64,000 nucleotides of DNA from Candidatus Sulfomarinibacteraceae bacterium (GTDB lineage Bacteria > Acidobacteriota > Thermoanaerobaculia > Thermoanaerobaculales > Sulfomarinibacteraceae), in NCBI GenBank assembly GCA_963715955.1, contig CAVQSQ010000012.1, forward strand, positions 211,050 to 275,049, in the 5' to 3' direction. A program made the position numbers and the translations under genes. How positions within the stretch are numbered: the stretch's first letter is position 1; each line of letters begins with the position of its first letter. Below the pieces are notes generated by a model that was not told the DNA's origin, ran no database searches, and saw nothing but the letters and a program-made list of their open reading frames with translations. This document shows positions 46,345 through 55,902 of this stretch, in pieces.

Positions 46345-46972
46345 TCAACCTCCCAGCACAGCGTCGAGATCGGCGTTGATGCGATTCAGACCCGCTGTCA
46401 GGTCCGCCGTCACACGTCCATCCCGCAGGGCTTCGAGAAGCCGCCGATAGTCCGCCGCCTCGCGGTCGATTCCGTCGCGGGTGAGGGCGTGGGTGCCGTG
46501 GACGACGAAGGGCGGCAGGAAGTCCATCCCACAGAGCCGAGCGGTCTGCTCGATCGGCGCCAGCAGCTGCCGCATGGTGAAACGATTCGCGCCGTCTTGC
46601 GAGTACGATTCTTCCGGGGCCCCGGTCGACACGACGTTGAGCAGCGTCTTGCCTTCGAGAGCGTGGCCGTCGTGGCCATAGGCCCATCCGTGTTCGAGAA
46701 CCAGATCCTGCCACTCCTTGAGGATGGCCGGAGTCGAGTACCAATAGAACGGGTGCTGGAAGACCACCACGTCGTGATTCAGAAGCAGCCGCTGTTCGCG
46801 GGCGCACGTCGATGTCGAAATCCGGGTACTCCTGGTAGAGATCGTGGACCACCACCCCGTCGAGGCCGCGGGTGGCCTCCACCAGCCGGCGATTTACGCG
46901 AGACCTCCGCAGCGCCGGGTGGGCGAAGAGGACGAGAACAGTCCGAGGTATTCCTGCATGCATCCTCTTCAT
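46345..46972 (-). CDS. kefF: KefF/KefG-like flavodoxin-fold NAD(P)H oxidoreductase (Kef ancillary subunit); 1-nt frame break near 46799-46801
   Basis: [19 protein letters not shown]...[12 protein letters not shown] in one frame, then [42 protein letters not shown] in the next. The stop lies 3 nt before the kefC ATG. Confidence 0.8.
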
Positions 46973-47107
46973 AAACCCTCGGCCAGACATCCGGATTCCA
47001 TCGGTTCGCAGATCACCCTCCCGAAGGCGCGGCGGGGTTCTGGAATTGTCGGTGCCGGGCGGCCGTTGCACAACGGTGATTTACGCCAACGGACACCCGG
47101 AGACACC

Positions 47108-47749
47108 ATGAAGCATTCGAATCACCTCCTTTTCACCTGTCTCGTCATGGTGCCTTTGGTGCTGGTCACCGGAGGAGGCAGCGCCGTGGCCGTCGAAAAA
47201 GCAGACTACCGGGTGGCCGAGGTCCACGGTGACCTGGAGATCCGTCTCTACGCGCCCCAGATCCTGGCCGAAACCACCGTGGACTCGGATTTCGACGGCG
47301 CCGGCAATCAGGCGTTCCAGCGCCTCTTCAATTACATTTCGGGCGCCAACCGGACGCGGTCGAAGATCGCGATGACCGCACCCGTGAGCCAGGAAGCGGC
47401 ACCGCAGAAGATCGCCATGACGGCACCGGTGGTTCAGGAAGGCTCGAACGGGACATGGCGCGTCTCCTTCCTCGTGCCGTCGTCCTTCACCTGGGACACC
47501 GTCCCCGAACCCGTCGATCCGCAGGTTCGGCTGCGCAGGGTCCCGGAGAGAACCATCGCAGCTCTGCGTTTTTCCGGCACCTGGGGCGAGCAACGGTTTC
47601 GCGACCACGAATCGAAGCTCCGCAGTCTGCTCGCCGAGCAGGGATTCAAGGCCGACGGTGAGCCCATCTTCGCGCGCTACAATCCCCCGTTCACGCCGTG
47701 GTTCATGCGCCGCAATGAGGTCCTCATCCCCATTCAGCCGATCGAGTAG
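47108..47749 (+). CDS. SOUL heme-binding family protein (exported)
   Basis: YRVAEVHGDLEIRLYAP...AFQRLFNYISGAN...IAMTAPV (twice) ...FARYNPPFTPWFMRRNEV. Confidence 0.8.
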   Translation: MKHSNHLLFTCLVMVPLVLVTGGGSAVAVEKADYRVAEVHGDLEIRLYAPQILAETTVDSDFDGAGNQAFQRLFNYISGANRTRSKIAMTAPVSQEAAPQKIAMTAPVVQEGSNGTWRVSFLVPSSFTWDTVPEPVDPQVRLRRVPERTIAALRFSGTWGEQRFRDHESKLRSLLAEQGFKADGEPIFARYNPPFTPWFMRRNEVLIPIQPIE

Positions 47750-47795
47750 AATTCTCTCCCTGGCCTTGAACGGGCCTTTTCGAGGGAGGATTTCG

Positions 47796-48431
47796 ATGCG
47801 ATCTCTCGTCGCTCTCGCGCTGGCAATGCTCGTGTCGCCGGTCGCCGTCGCCGCCGATTCGGAACTCGAACAACTCTCGCAGTGGATGACGGGTGCATTT
47901 ACCTCCGAGGCTCAGTCGCTCGAGGATCCTGACTTCCGCCACATCGTGCTGCACATGGCCAGGATCTGGCCCGCCCGCACGGACGGCGTGTGGCTCTACG
48001 TCGAGCAGGCCGTCGCGGAGGCCGCCGACGAGCCCTACCGGCAGCGGGTCTACCACCTGCGAAGGGTGGGTGAGGACCTTTTCGCCTCCAGCGTCTACAC
48101 CTTCGACAAGCCACTTGCGAGAGCCGGGGCGTGGCGTCAGGAATCGCCCCTGGCAGACCTCGCCCCCTCCGATCTCAGCGAACGCGACGGCTGCACGATC
48201 TATCTGCTGCAGCGCGAAGACGGGGCCTTCGAAGGTTCGACCCTCGGCCGTCTGTGCACATCCACCCTCCGAGGAGCGACCTGGGCGTCTTCAGAGGTGG
48301 TGATCACGGCTGACGGAATGGTGAGTTGGGACCGCGGCTGGGACGATGCGGGCGCGCAGGTCTGGGGCGCCGAGAAGGCGGGCTACCATTTCCAACGGTG
48401 GTCCGATACGCCGGCATCGCCTCCCGAATGA
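47796..48431 (+). CDS. CpcT/CpeT (DUF1001) bilin-lyase-like lipocalin-fold protein (exported)
   Basis: GGGAGGA lies upstream of the ATG. Signal peptide. LSQWMTGAFTSEAQ...VWLYVEQAVAEAADEPYRQRVYHL... Confidence 0.7.
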   Translation: MRSLVALALAMLVSPVAVAADSELEQLSQWMTGAFTSEAQSLEDPDFRHIVLHMARIWPARTDGVWLYVEQAVAEAADEPYRQRVYHLRRVGEDLFASSVYTFDKPLARAGAWRQESPLADLAPSDLSERDGCTIYLLQREDGAFEGSTLGRLCTSTLRGATWASSEVVITADGMVSWDRGWDDAGAQVWGAEKAGYHFQRWSDTPASPPE

Positions 48432-48449
48432 TGCGCCGCGCCGGGTCGC

Positions 48450-49304
48450 TCAGAGCCCTCCCACCCGCGGCGGACTGTCGAGAGCGAGCGTGTCCCCGGT
48501 GCGGATCTTCTCGAGGGTCTTTTCATACAGTGCGAGTCGCGCCGCCTCGATGTCTCCCCAGTCACTCGCCGCAACCACCGTGTCACCGAGGCCTTCCAGC
48601 CGCATGACCTCGAGGGTGAACTGGAAATCGGGGTGGGGATCGATGAGCGTCACCCACTCCTGCTGCTCCGGTTCGATGCGCCAGAGGTCGCGCTCGCCCG
48701 GCGCGAGCCCCTCGAGCACGAGCTGGTCGAACTCCTCGACGAGCCACGGTTCTTCGCTGCCCGGCCTCAGGAGGGCGGCCCGAAAATGGATCAACCACAC
48801 CACCTCGTCCGTCCCGTTTTCGGCCCGGAACTCGATCACCGGCCACTCGAGGAAACTCTTGTTGCGCTTGAACACCCTGCTCGCCTTGAGGTGGAAGTCC
48901 TTCAGCTTCTCCCTGGCCTCCTCGGACTCGATGCGCCCCTGTTCGAGTTCGGCCACAGCCGTCTGCACCTGGTCCAACCGACGAAGCCTCGCCTCGCCGA
49001 TGATTCCGTCCGCGGTCATGCCCTTGAGGGGGCTGTAGAGAGCGAGAATCAACTCAGGGTGTTCAGGACGCTCCTCGGCCTTTTCATCGTCGATCAGCGC
49101 CGCGTCTCCGACGAAGAACGTCAATGCCTCGTCGAAGCGCGCCCGGTACTCCGGATCCATGGGTTCGCGCAGCTTGGTGACGGAGCTCTCGAGCTTCTTG
49201 AAACTCGAGGAATCCAGGGTGGGCGGACCGCATCCCGCCAGCGCGGCCACCAGGCACAGCGAGACGAGGGCGACGCGAACAGTTGCGAAACGGTTTCTTG
49301 TCAT
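48450..49304 (-). CDS. lipoprotein, function unknown
   Basis: Lipobox LVAALAGCGPP. Non-repetitive sequence. No family recognised. Confidence 0.6.
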   Translation of the reverse strand: MTRNRFATVRVALVSLCLVAALAGCGPPTLDSSSFKKLESSVTKLREPMDPEYRARFDEALTFFVGDAALIDDEKAEERPEHPELILALYSPLKGMTADGIIGEARLRRLDQVQTAVAELEQGRIESEEAREKLKDFHLKASRVFKRNKSFLEWPVIEFRAENGTDEVVWLIHFRAALLRPGSEEPWLVEEFDQLVLEGLAPGERDLWRIEPEQQEWVTLIDPHPDFQFTLEVMRLEGLGDTVVAASDWGDIEAARLALYEKTLEKIRTGDTLALDSPPRVGGL

Positions 49305-49396
49305 CTGTTCACCTTCTTCGGTTGCTTCTTCCCTACTGTAGCAGCCTGGAGGCCGCCCCTCGCCTCACCGCCCCGCTGTCTCAATGCCCCACTGCC

Positions 49397-50428
49397 TCAG
49401 TAGCTGTGTTTGTCGAGTTTCACCTTGCCGCGGAAAGTCCAGTAGATGATGCCGGTATACGCGATCACGAACGGCATGCCGATCACCGCGATGATCAGCA
49501 TGATGGTGAGGGTCTTGGCGCTCGAGGCCGCCGAGAAGACGGTCACCGAGTTCGCCGCATCGTTGCTCGCGGTGACCAGATTCGGAAACAGGGCCAGACC
49601 GAAGAGCATGACCAGGGTGGCGATCACGGCGCAACTCGAAATGAAGGCTTCGCCGGGCTTGCCCCAGTGCAGCGCTCGCGGGATGTTGGCCACCGCGAGG
49701 ACGTTGGCGATCACGACCAGCGCCGCCCAAGGCCAGTGTTGGAAGTTGGCGGTGGCGCGCGGAATCAAAGCCAGGGTGTACATGGTGGTCAGCATGTACA
49801 GAACCAGAAAGAATCCCCAGCTCCGCCACAACCAATCCCGGAGCCGCTGCTGGAACTCGCCCTCGGTCTTGAGGTACAAATAGAGACCACCGTGCATGGC
49901 CAGCATCGCCACGGTCATCAAACCGACGAGAACCGGGTAGGGGGCGAGCTGGTCGAAGAGAGTGCCGGTGAAATTGCCGGCCTTGTCGAGCGGCAGGCCG
50001 ATCATCGCGTTGCCCACGGCGACACCGAAGAGCAGCGCGGCCACGGTCGATCCACCGAAGAACGCCCAGTCCCAGAAGCGCCGCCATCTCTCGCTCTCGA
50101 CCTTGGATCGGAACTCCATGGAGACCGCGCGGAAGATGAGCGCCGCCAGCAACAGCATGAAGGCGATGTAGAAGCCGGAAAAAACGGTCGCGTAGGCCTC
50201 GGGGAAGGCGGCGAAGAGTGCGCCGCCGAAGGTCACCAGCCACACCTCGTTGCCGTCCCACACCGGGCCGATGGCATTGATGGCGGTGCGTCGTTCACGA
50301 TCGTTCTTGGGTACGAAAGGATGAAGAATGCCGACGCCGAGGTCGAACCCGTCGAGAATCGCATACCCGATCAGCAGCACGCCCTCGATCCCGAACCAGA
50401 TGACGGCCAGAGTCGCCCAGTCCATCAC
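49397..50428 (-). CDS. cydB: cytochrome bd ubiquinol oxidase subunit II
   Basis: [10 protein letters not shown]...[12 protein letters not shown] motifs. The start overlaps the cydA stop by 4 nt. Confidence 0.9.
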   Translation of the reverse strand: MMDWATLAVIWFGIEGVLLIGYAILDGFDLGVGILHPFVPKNDRERRTAINAIGPVWDGNEVWLVTFGGALFAAFPEAYATVFSGFYIAFMLLLAALIFRAVSMEFRSKVESERWRRFWDWAFFGGSTVAALLFGVAVGNAMIGLPLDKAGNFTGTLFDQLAPYPVLVGLMTVAMLAMHGGLYLYLKTEGEFQQRLRDWLWRSWGFFLVLYMLTTMYTLALIPRATANFQHWPWAALVVIANVLAVANIPRALHWGKPGEAFISSCAVIATLVMLFGLALFPNLVTASNDAANSVTVFSAASSAKTLTIMLIIAVIGMPFVIAYTGIIYWTFRGKVKLDKHSY

Positions 50429-51948
50429 CGTCCTCCTTCCGCGTCCCCGACCAGGGAGGCACTGTGGTCGATCCTGCCGGATGCCGCCTTCAACAGACCG
50501 CCCTCGTCATCGTCCGATTCCGCTCCAACCGGCTCCGGTCCTTTGCGGATCTTGCGGTCGAGCACGTAGAGCCAGGCCAGCAGCAGGAAGAAGTAGATGA
50601 CGCCGAAACCGATCAGCGAACCCAACACCTGCTGCGCCGTGACCGATGTGCTCACGGCGTCGACGGTGCGCAAGGCGAGCTTCTCGTCATAATCGACGAA
50701 ACCTTCCGGCCCGACCACCACGTCTCCGTCCGCGGTCCACTCCACCGGAGGGTGCACGATCCACGGCTGGCGGCCGACCTCTGCCGACACCCAGCCGAGC
50801 TGGTTGGCGACCAGCGGACCGAGCACCGCGAAAACGAAGATCCACATCAGCCAGCGGGTTTGGTAGAGACTGCCTCGCCAATGCAAAAAGGCCGCGAGCA
50901 GCGTCAGTGCGATGAAGGCCATGCCGAGCCCGATCATGATGTGATAACTGGCATAGGAGATGAGAACCGGCGGACGGTCTTCAGGCCGGAATCGGTCGAG
51001 ACCGACCACCTGCTGTTCGAAATTCCAGTGGATGAGAAAGCTCAAGCCCCCCGGGATGGCTACGTTGAAGCGAATGCGCTCCGCCTCGTCGTCCGGCAGG
51101 CCGAAAAGGCTCATGTCACCGCGTCCGGTTTGATAGTGACCCTCGAAAGCGGCCAGCTTCGCCGGTTGGTACTCGTACACCTTGTTGGCCTGGGAATGGC
51201 CCGACACCAGGGCCGCCAGCGACGCGATGGTCGCGAAGATGAGCGCGCCGCTGAACGACTTCCTGGCAAACTCCTCATGCTTCCTCTTGAGCAGGTACCA
51301 CGCCGAGATGGACATCACGAAGAAGGTGCCCATGATGAAGGCGCCGATCCAGACGTGGACCAACCGTTCCACCGCCGAAGGGTTGAAGACCAGGGCCCAG
51401 AAATCAACGATCTCGGCCCGCAACACCGGTTCGCCGTCGATCACCAGCGGTTGGCCGTCCCGAACCATCTGAACGATGTGGTGGCCGGCCGGCGTCTGCT
51501 GCCAGCTGTTGGCGATCACGATCCAGACCGAAGAGAAGATCGAGCCCAGGCACACCATCGCCGTCGCGAAGAGGTGCATCCTGGCCGACACCCGGTCCCA
51601 ACCGAAAACCAGCAGCGCGAGAAAACCCGACTCGAGAAAGAAGGCGAAGATCCCTTCGGCCGCCAGAGCCGAACCGAACACGTCGCCGACAAATCGCGAG
51701 TAGGCCGCCCAGTTCGTACCAAACTGGAACTCCATCACGATTCCCGTAGCCACGCCGATGGCGAAGTTCAGGGCGAAGATGCTGGTCCAGAACTTGGCCG
51801 CTTTTTCGAACAGCGGGTCGCCGGTCCGAAGGTACTGAGCCTCGAGGTAGACCATGACCACGCTGATCCCGATGGTGAGCGGCGGAAAGATGTAGTGAAA
51901 AGCAATGGTGAATGCGAACTGCAGTCGCGACAGAAGCACGAGATCCAT
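50425..51948 (-). CDS. cydA: cytochrome bd ubiquinol oxidase subunit I
   Basis: [27 protein letters not shown]...[16 protein letters not shown]...[16 protein letters not shown] lies upstream of the ATG at 51948. The track ORF is over-extended. Confidence 0.9.
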   Translation of the reverse strand: MDLVLLSRLQFAFTIAFHYIFPPLTIGISVVMVYLEAQYLRTGDPLFEKAAKFWTSIFALNFAIGVATGIVMEFQFGTNWAAYSRFVGDVFGSALAAEGIFAFFLESGFLALLVFGWDRVSARMHLFATAMVCLGSIFSSVWIVIANSWQQTPAGHHIVQMVRDGQPLVIDGEPVLRAEIVDFWALVFNPSAVERLVHVWIGAFIMGTFFVMSISAWYLLKRKHEEFARKSFSGALIFATIASLAALVSGHSQANKVYEYQPAKLAAFEGHYQTGRGDMSLFGLPDDEAERIRFNVAIPGGLSFLIHWNFEQQVVGLDRFRPEDRPPVLISYASYHIMIGLGMAFIALTLLAAFLHWRGSLYQTRWLMWIFVFAVLGPLVANQLGWVSAEVGRQPWIVHPPVEWTADGDVVVGPEGFVDYDEKLALRTVDAVSTSVTAQQVLGSLIGFGVIYFFLLLAWLYVLDRKIRKGPEPVGAESDDDEGGLLKAASGRIDHSASLVGDAEGGR

Positions 51949-52068
51949 TCTGAGACCTCCCGGTACTGAAATCCTCGACCAAATCCACCTGCGCGGCATG
52001 GTACACCGGCTGAGAAATTGTCGAGGCGACGCTTGTTCAATCGAACACTTCAGGGTAGGGTACCGCCC

Positions 52069-52884
52069 ATGAAGATCACACTCCTGCTCATCGTTTTTGT
52101 CGTGTTCGGTCTGACGAACTGCATCGCCAACACCGTCGAGACGCCGTCCGACGTGGCAGGCCCTCCGGACGACGCCGTGTGCGCGCCGAACGGACTGTGC
52201 TCCAAGGTCCTGACGCCCGGTACCGGCGACGCCCACCCCGACCCGTGGGACGACGTCACCGTCCACTATTCAGGCTGGACCACCGACGGCAAGCTCTTCG
52301 ACTCGTCCGTCCAGCGCGGGCAGACCGCGACCTTTCCGCTCAACAGGGTCATCCCTGGTTGGACCGAGGGCCTGCAACTGATGGTGGTCGGTGAGAAACG
52401 CCGGTTCTGGATCCCGAAGGAGCTGGCCTACAACGACATGCCGGGCAGACCTGCCGGAATGCTGGTTTTCGACATCGAGCTGTTTTCGATCCAGGACAAA
52501 CCCGAACCGCCACCGCCGCCGCCGGCTCCCGAAGACGTGGCGGGCCCGCCGGCCGGCGCCGAAGTGACCGCGAGCGGTCTCGCCTCCAAAGTGCTGCAGC
52601 CCGGAGTCGGCGACAAATATCCCACTGCGAGCTCGACGGTCACCGTCCACTACTCCGGGTGGACCACCGACGGCAAGCTCTTCGACTCTTCGGTGCAACG
52701 CGGTGAATCGATCTCGTTCCCGCTCAACCGGGTCATTGCAGGCTGGACCGAAGGGCTGCAGCTGATGGTGGTGGGCGAAAAGCGCCGCTTCTGGATTCCC
52801 GAAAACCTCGCATACAAGGGCCAGCCCGGGGCGCCCGCGGGCACGCTGGTCTTCGACGTGGAGCTGATTTCGTTCGCAGAGTGA
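52069..52884 (+). CDS. FKBP-type peptidyl-prolyl cis-trans isomerase, two tandem FKBP domains (lipoprotein)
   Basis: Lipobox [27 protein letters not shown]...[27 protein letters not shown] occurs twice. Confidence 0.85.
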   Translation: MKITLLLIVFVVFGLTNCIANTVETPSDVAGPPDDAVCAPNGLCSKVLTPGTGDAHPDPWDDVTVHYSGWTTDGKLFDSSVQRGQTATFPLNRVIPGWTEGLQLMVVGEKRRFWIPKELAYNDMPGRPAGMLVFDIELFSIQDKPEPPPPPPAPEDVAGPPAGAEVTASGLASKVLQPGVGDKYPTASSTVTVHYSGWTTDGKLFDSSVQRGESISFPLNRVIAGWTEGLQLMVVGEKRRFWIPENLAYKGQPGAPAGTLVFDVELISFAE

Positions 52885-52970
52885 GCGGAGAGGCCATGGG
52901 CTGTGGGCTGTGAGGTCAGCGCACAGATCCGGGTTCACTCGGACGACTGGAAACGGCCATGGCACATAGC

Positions 52971-53151
52971 TCAGCCTTTTGCAAAAACACCCGCAGTGAA
53001 AAGAACCGCGGCACGATGACACAGAGAAGGGAGGGGATAAACCCCTCCCCTACGGCTTTTATGGACGGCATCCGTTGTTACAGTCGATTCTGAACACCGT
53101 AGGGGCGGGGTTTATCCCCGCCCACTCATGTCGAGTTTTACAAGAGGCTCA
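52971..53151 (+). repeat. MITE-like element, copy 2 of 3 (same family as 12960-13140)
   Basis: Collinear with copy 1, including both GTAG hairpins and the TIRs TCAGCCTTTTGCAAAA ... ACAAGAGGCTCAG. Confidence 0.85.
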
Positions 53152-53250
53152 GCACATAGCTCATGGCTCATGGCTCAACGCCCCGCGATCGGGAACAACT
53201 CGAACGTTCTCGCTGTTGCCGACAACGATCAGCACTCCGGGAGTCACCCC

Positions 53251-53577
53251 ATGCCGAAACCCGAAAAACACGTTTTCGTCTGCCTCAACGAACGGCCGCC
53301 CGGCAACCCCAAGGGCTCGTGCACCGAACGCGGCGGCCCCGACCTGATGGACGAATTTGCCCGCATCCTGCAGGACCGCGAGGCCTGGGGCAAGGTCAAG
53401 ATCACCCGGTCCGGCTGTCTCGGGCCGTGCGAGCTCGGCCCGAACGTGCTGGTGTACCCGGACGGCGTCCTGTACGTCGGTGTCCGACCCGCCGACATCG
53501 CCGAGATCTTCGACGAACACCTGCTCGGCGGACGGCCGGTCGAGCGGCTCAAGGCACCAGCCCACATCTGGAGTTGA
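53251..53577 (+). CDS. thioredoxin-like [2Fe-2S] ferredoxin
   Basis: HVFVCLNERP...GSCTERGG...SGCLGPCELGPNVLVYPDGVLY gives the four-Cys pattern of the (2Fe-2S) ferredoxin domain. Confidence 0.8.
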   Translation: MPKPEKHVFVCLNERPPGNPKGSCTERGGPDLMDEFARILQDREAWGKVKITRSGCLGPCELGPNVLVYPDGVLYVGVRPADIAEIFDEHLLGGRPVERLKAPAHIWS

Positions 53578-53608
53578 ATTGTCGACTGCAGGCACGGGAT
53601 ACGGTTCG

Positions 53609-54535
53609 GTGAGGAGTCTGCCGCGTTTCGTCGCAAGCTTGGCGGCCGTCCTTCTCCTCACGGCGTGCTCAACAGCCCAACCCGGCGGCGAACCGGTCGC
53701 AGCGGCGGTCCCACCCGAGACCGACACGCTGGTCGTCATGCTCGGCACCGGGACGCCCAACCCCGACCCCGAGCGCTCGGGGCCCGCCGTAGCCGTCGTT
53801 GCCGGAAATCAGCCCTATGTGGTCGATTGCGGTCCCGGCGTGGTACGACGCGCTGCCGCGGCCGGGATCGAGATGCCCTCCCTGAACCGACTCTTCATCA
53901 CGCACCTCCACTCCGACCACACCATGGGCTACGCCGATTTCATCCTGACACCCTGGGTGCTCGAGCGGGAAGAGCCCCTCGTGGTCTACGGACCACCCGG
54001 CACGAAGGCCATGACCGACCACATCCTCGCCGCCTACGACGAAGACATCCAGAACCGGCTCCACGGCTCGCAGCCACAGAATGCCACCGGCATCCGGGTC
54101 GAGGTCCACGAGATCGCGCCCGGCCCGATCTACGCCGACGCCAACGTCGAGGTCTCCGCGTTCGCGGTCCCCCACGGCGCCTGGGACCACGCCTTCGGCT
54201 ACCGTTTCGAGACCGCCGACCGCACCATCGTGATCAGCGGTGACACCACGCCCACCGATGCGGTGGTCGAAGCCTGCAGCGGTTGCGACGTGCTGGTCCA
54301 CGAGGTCTACGCCAAGGCCGGGTGGGACCGCCGCACCCCCGACTGGCAGGCCTACCACGCAGCGTCCCACACCTCCGGCGTCGAACTGGGGAAGCTGGCG
54401 GCGCGGGCAAAACCCGAGCTCCTGGTGCTCTACCACCAGCTGATGTGGGGGGCCACCGAAGAAGAGCTCCTCGCCGAGATCCGTCAGAGCTTCGATGGCG
54501 AGGTGGCGTTCGCCGATGACCTGGATGTCTACTAG
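53609..54535 (+). CDS. MBL-fold metallo-hydrolase (RNase Z/ElaC-like), lipoprotein
   Basis: GTG start. Lipobox LLLTACS. LGTGTPNPDPER, ITHLHSDHTMG and LVLYHQL motifs. Confidence 0.8.
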   Translation: MRSLPRFVASLAAVLLLTACSTAQPGGEPVAAAVPPETDTLVVMLGTGTPNPDPERSGPAVAVVAGNQPYVVDCGPGVVRRAAAAGIEMPSLNRLFITHLHSDHTMGYADFILTPWVLEREEPLVVYGPPGTKAMTDHILAAYDEDIQNRLHGSQPQNATGIRVEVHEIAPGPIYADANVEVSAFAVPHGAWDHAFGYRFETADRTIVISGDTTPTDAVVEACSGCDVLVHEVYAKAGWDRRTPDWQAYHAASHTSGVELGKLAARAKPELLVLYHQLMWGATEEELLAEIRQSFDGEVAFADDLDVY

Positions 54536-54563
54536 CCTCTGAAGCAGCGGAAACGCCTCATGT

Positions 54564-54668
54564 CGATGTGCGGCGGAGGTGCCATTTTCAACATTGTTGG
54601 ACGAACGAACACTCCTGTCGGCACGGCGACGCGGGCCAACAATGTTGAAGGTGGCTCCTCTCGGGAAC
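54564..54668. repeat. long-hairpin MITE-like element, copy 2 of 3
   Basis: GTGCGGCGGAGGTGCCATTTTCAACATTGTTGG ... CCAACAATGTTGAAGGTGGCTCCTCTCGGGAA. Confidence 0.85.
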
Positions 54669-54785
54669 CGCGATCAAAACGTCGGGTGCTCACCGGGGTC
54701 AGGAAACGGTGACCGGCACGGAATGAACACCACACTGATGGTGTAGAATCTATTCGAACCCGTCCACGCCGGAAGGATTTCCGGC

Positions 54786-55346
54786 ATGAAAACCTCCAGT
54801 GCACACCAGTTTTTCTGGACAGTCATCCTGATCGGTGGCGGCGCGTTGCCCGTATCCGGCCAATCCACCGATGCCCCCTCTCCCACGCCGACACCACGCC
54901 CCGAAACTCTCTCGGAGTACGCACGCTGCAACTCGCTCAAAACCTCGGGTCTGGCCGATCCGTCCGGCAGAGTGGTCATCTCGACCGCCAACCTCACCGA
55001 GGTCGCCGACGGCGGGACGATCACCATCGGCGGCACGCCTCCTGCGGGGAAGAACCGGCACCCGACGCCATCGACGCCGAGCGCGACCGAGCGAGCCCGC
55101 TGGAGGGCCGCCCACGGCAGACAACGACAGGTGATCGCCGGGCTCGAACGGCGGCGCGCCCTCCTCTCAATCGAGATCGCTCACCTCGGCGACCAGAGCC
55201 TCACCATCAAGACCATGGCCCGCCTCCAACGCGCCGAGGCGAAGCTACGACAACTCGACGAAGAGATCTCCACCGAACGCAGGGAGCTCGCGCGAATCGT
55301 CCGCGAAGCCCGCCGCCACGGCGCCGAGCCGGGGTGGTTCCGGTAG
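54786..55346 (+). CDS. exported hypothetical protein with C-terminal coiled coil
   Basis: Signal-like N-terminus, a Pro/Thr linker, then a heptad-like segment (ARLQRAEAKLRQLDEEISTERRELARIVREA). Confidence 0.5.
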   Translation: MKTSSAHQFFWTVILIGGGALPVSGQSTDAPSPTPTPRPETLSEYARCNSLKTSGLADPSGRVVISTANLTEVADGGTITIGGTPPAGKNRHPTPSTPSATERARWRAAHGRQRQVIAGLERRRALLSIEIAHLGDQSLTIKTMARLQRAEAKLRQLDEEISTERRELARIVREARRHGAEPGWFR

Positions 55347-55384
55347 CCCAACTTGGAGGTAAGGCTTATCGAGAAACTCGTGAG

Positions 55385-55625
55385 ATATGCAGTCTCGAGA
55401 CCGAGCCCCGCAGGGGCGACAAAATGTAGCCCGGGGCGCAAGCCCCGGGTCCGCGGCAGAAAGTGAGTCCAAGCCGCGGAGCGGCGACAGACAGCCGCCT
55501 CCCACAGCCGCGGCTCACCGCGCAGCCAGAACCTGTCGCCCCTCTGGGGCTCTTCATTCTTGGTTCCGTGGTTGCCGGGGCTCACGCCCCGGCCTATTCT
55601 CTACCGCCGCTCCGCGGCTTCCTCT
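55385..55625. repeat. composite GC-rich hairpin-module repeat (same family as 16860-17085)
   Basis: GAGCCCCGCAGGGGCGACA (55403), AGCCGCGGAGCGGCGACA (55472), and their complements at about 55533 and 55603. GCCCGGGGCGCAAGCCCCGGG pairs with GCCGGGGCTCACGCCCCGGC. Confidence 0.8.
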
Positions 55626-55655
55626 GTCCAAGCATGAAATGAGGAACGACTCAGG

Positions 55656-55855
55656 TGAGCCTCTTGCAAAATTCAACCTGGGCGGGGATAAACCCCGCCC
55701 CTACGGCATTCAGGAACTCAGACGGAATTTAGACAAAACTTTCCCTTTGAGAGACTTAGCTTCTCAAACGTCGTAGGGGAGGGGTTTATCCCCTCCCATT
55801 TCGGTGTCTCTTTGGTGCGGTTCCATCCACTGCGGGTGTTTTTGCAAGAGGCTCA
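55656..55855 (-). repeat. MITE-like element, copy 3 of 3 (inverted, more diverged)
   Basis: TGAGCCTCTTGCAAAA ... GGCGGGGATAAACCCCGCCCCTAC ... GTAGGGGAGGGGTTTATCCCCTCCC ... TTTTGCAAGAGGCTCAG. Confidence 0.8.
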
Positions 55856-55902
55856 GGTGTCGCCGAGCGCGTCGAGGTTCTTCGATGAAACCTCAGAACG
55901 CA

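Noticed and set aside
8040-46810. Programmed ribosomal frameshifting or another recoding mechanism as the explanation for the frame breaks
   Set aside because: The sites share no slippery heptamer or stimulatory structure. They occur in unrelated genes at non-homologous positions. One gene has five of them, and all coincide with short homopolymers. Consensus error or decay is far more parsimonious.
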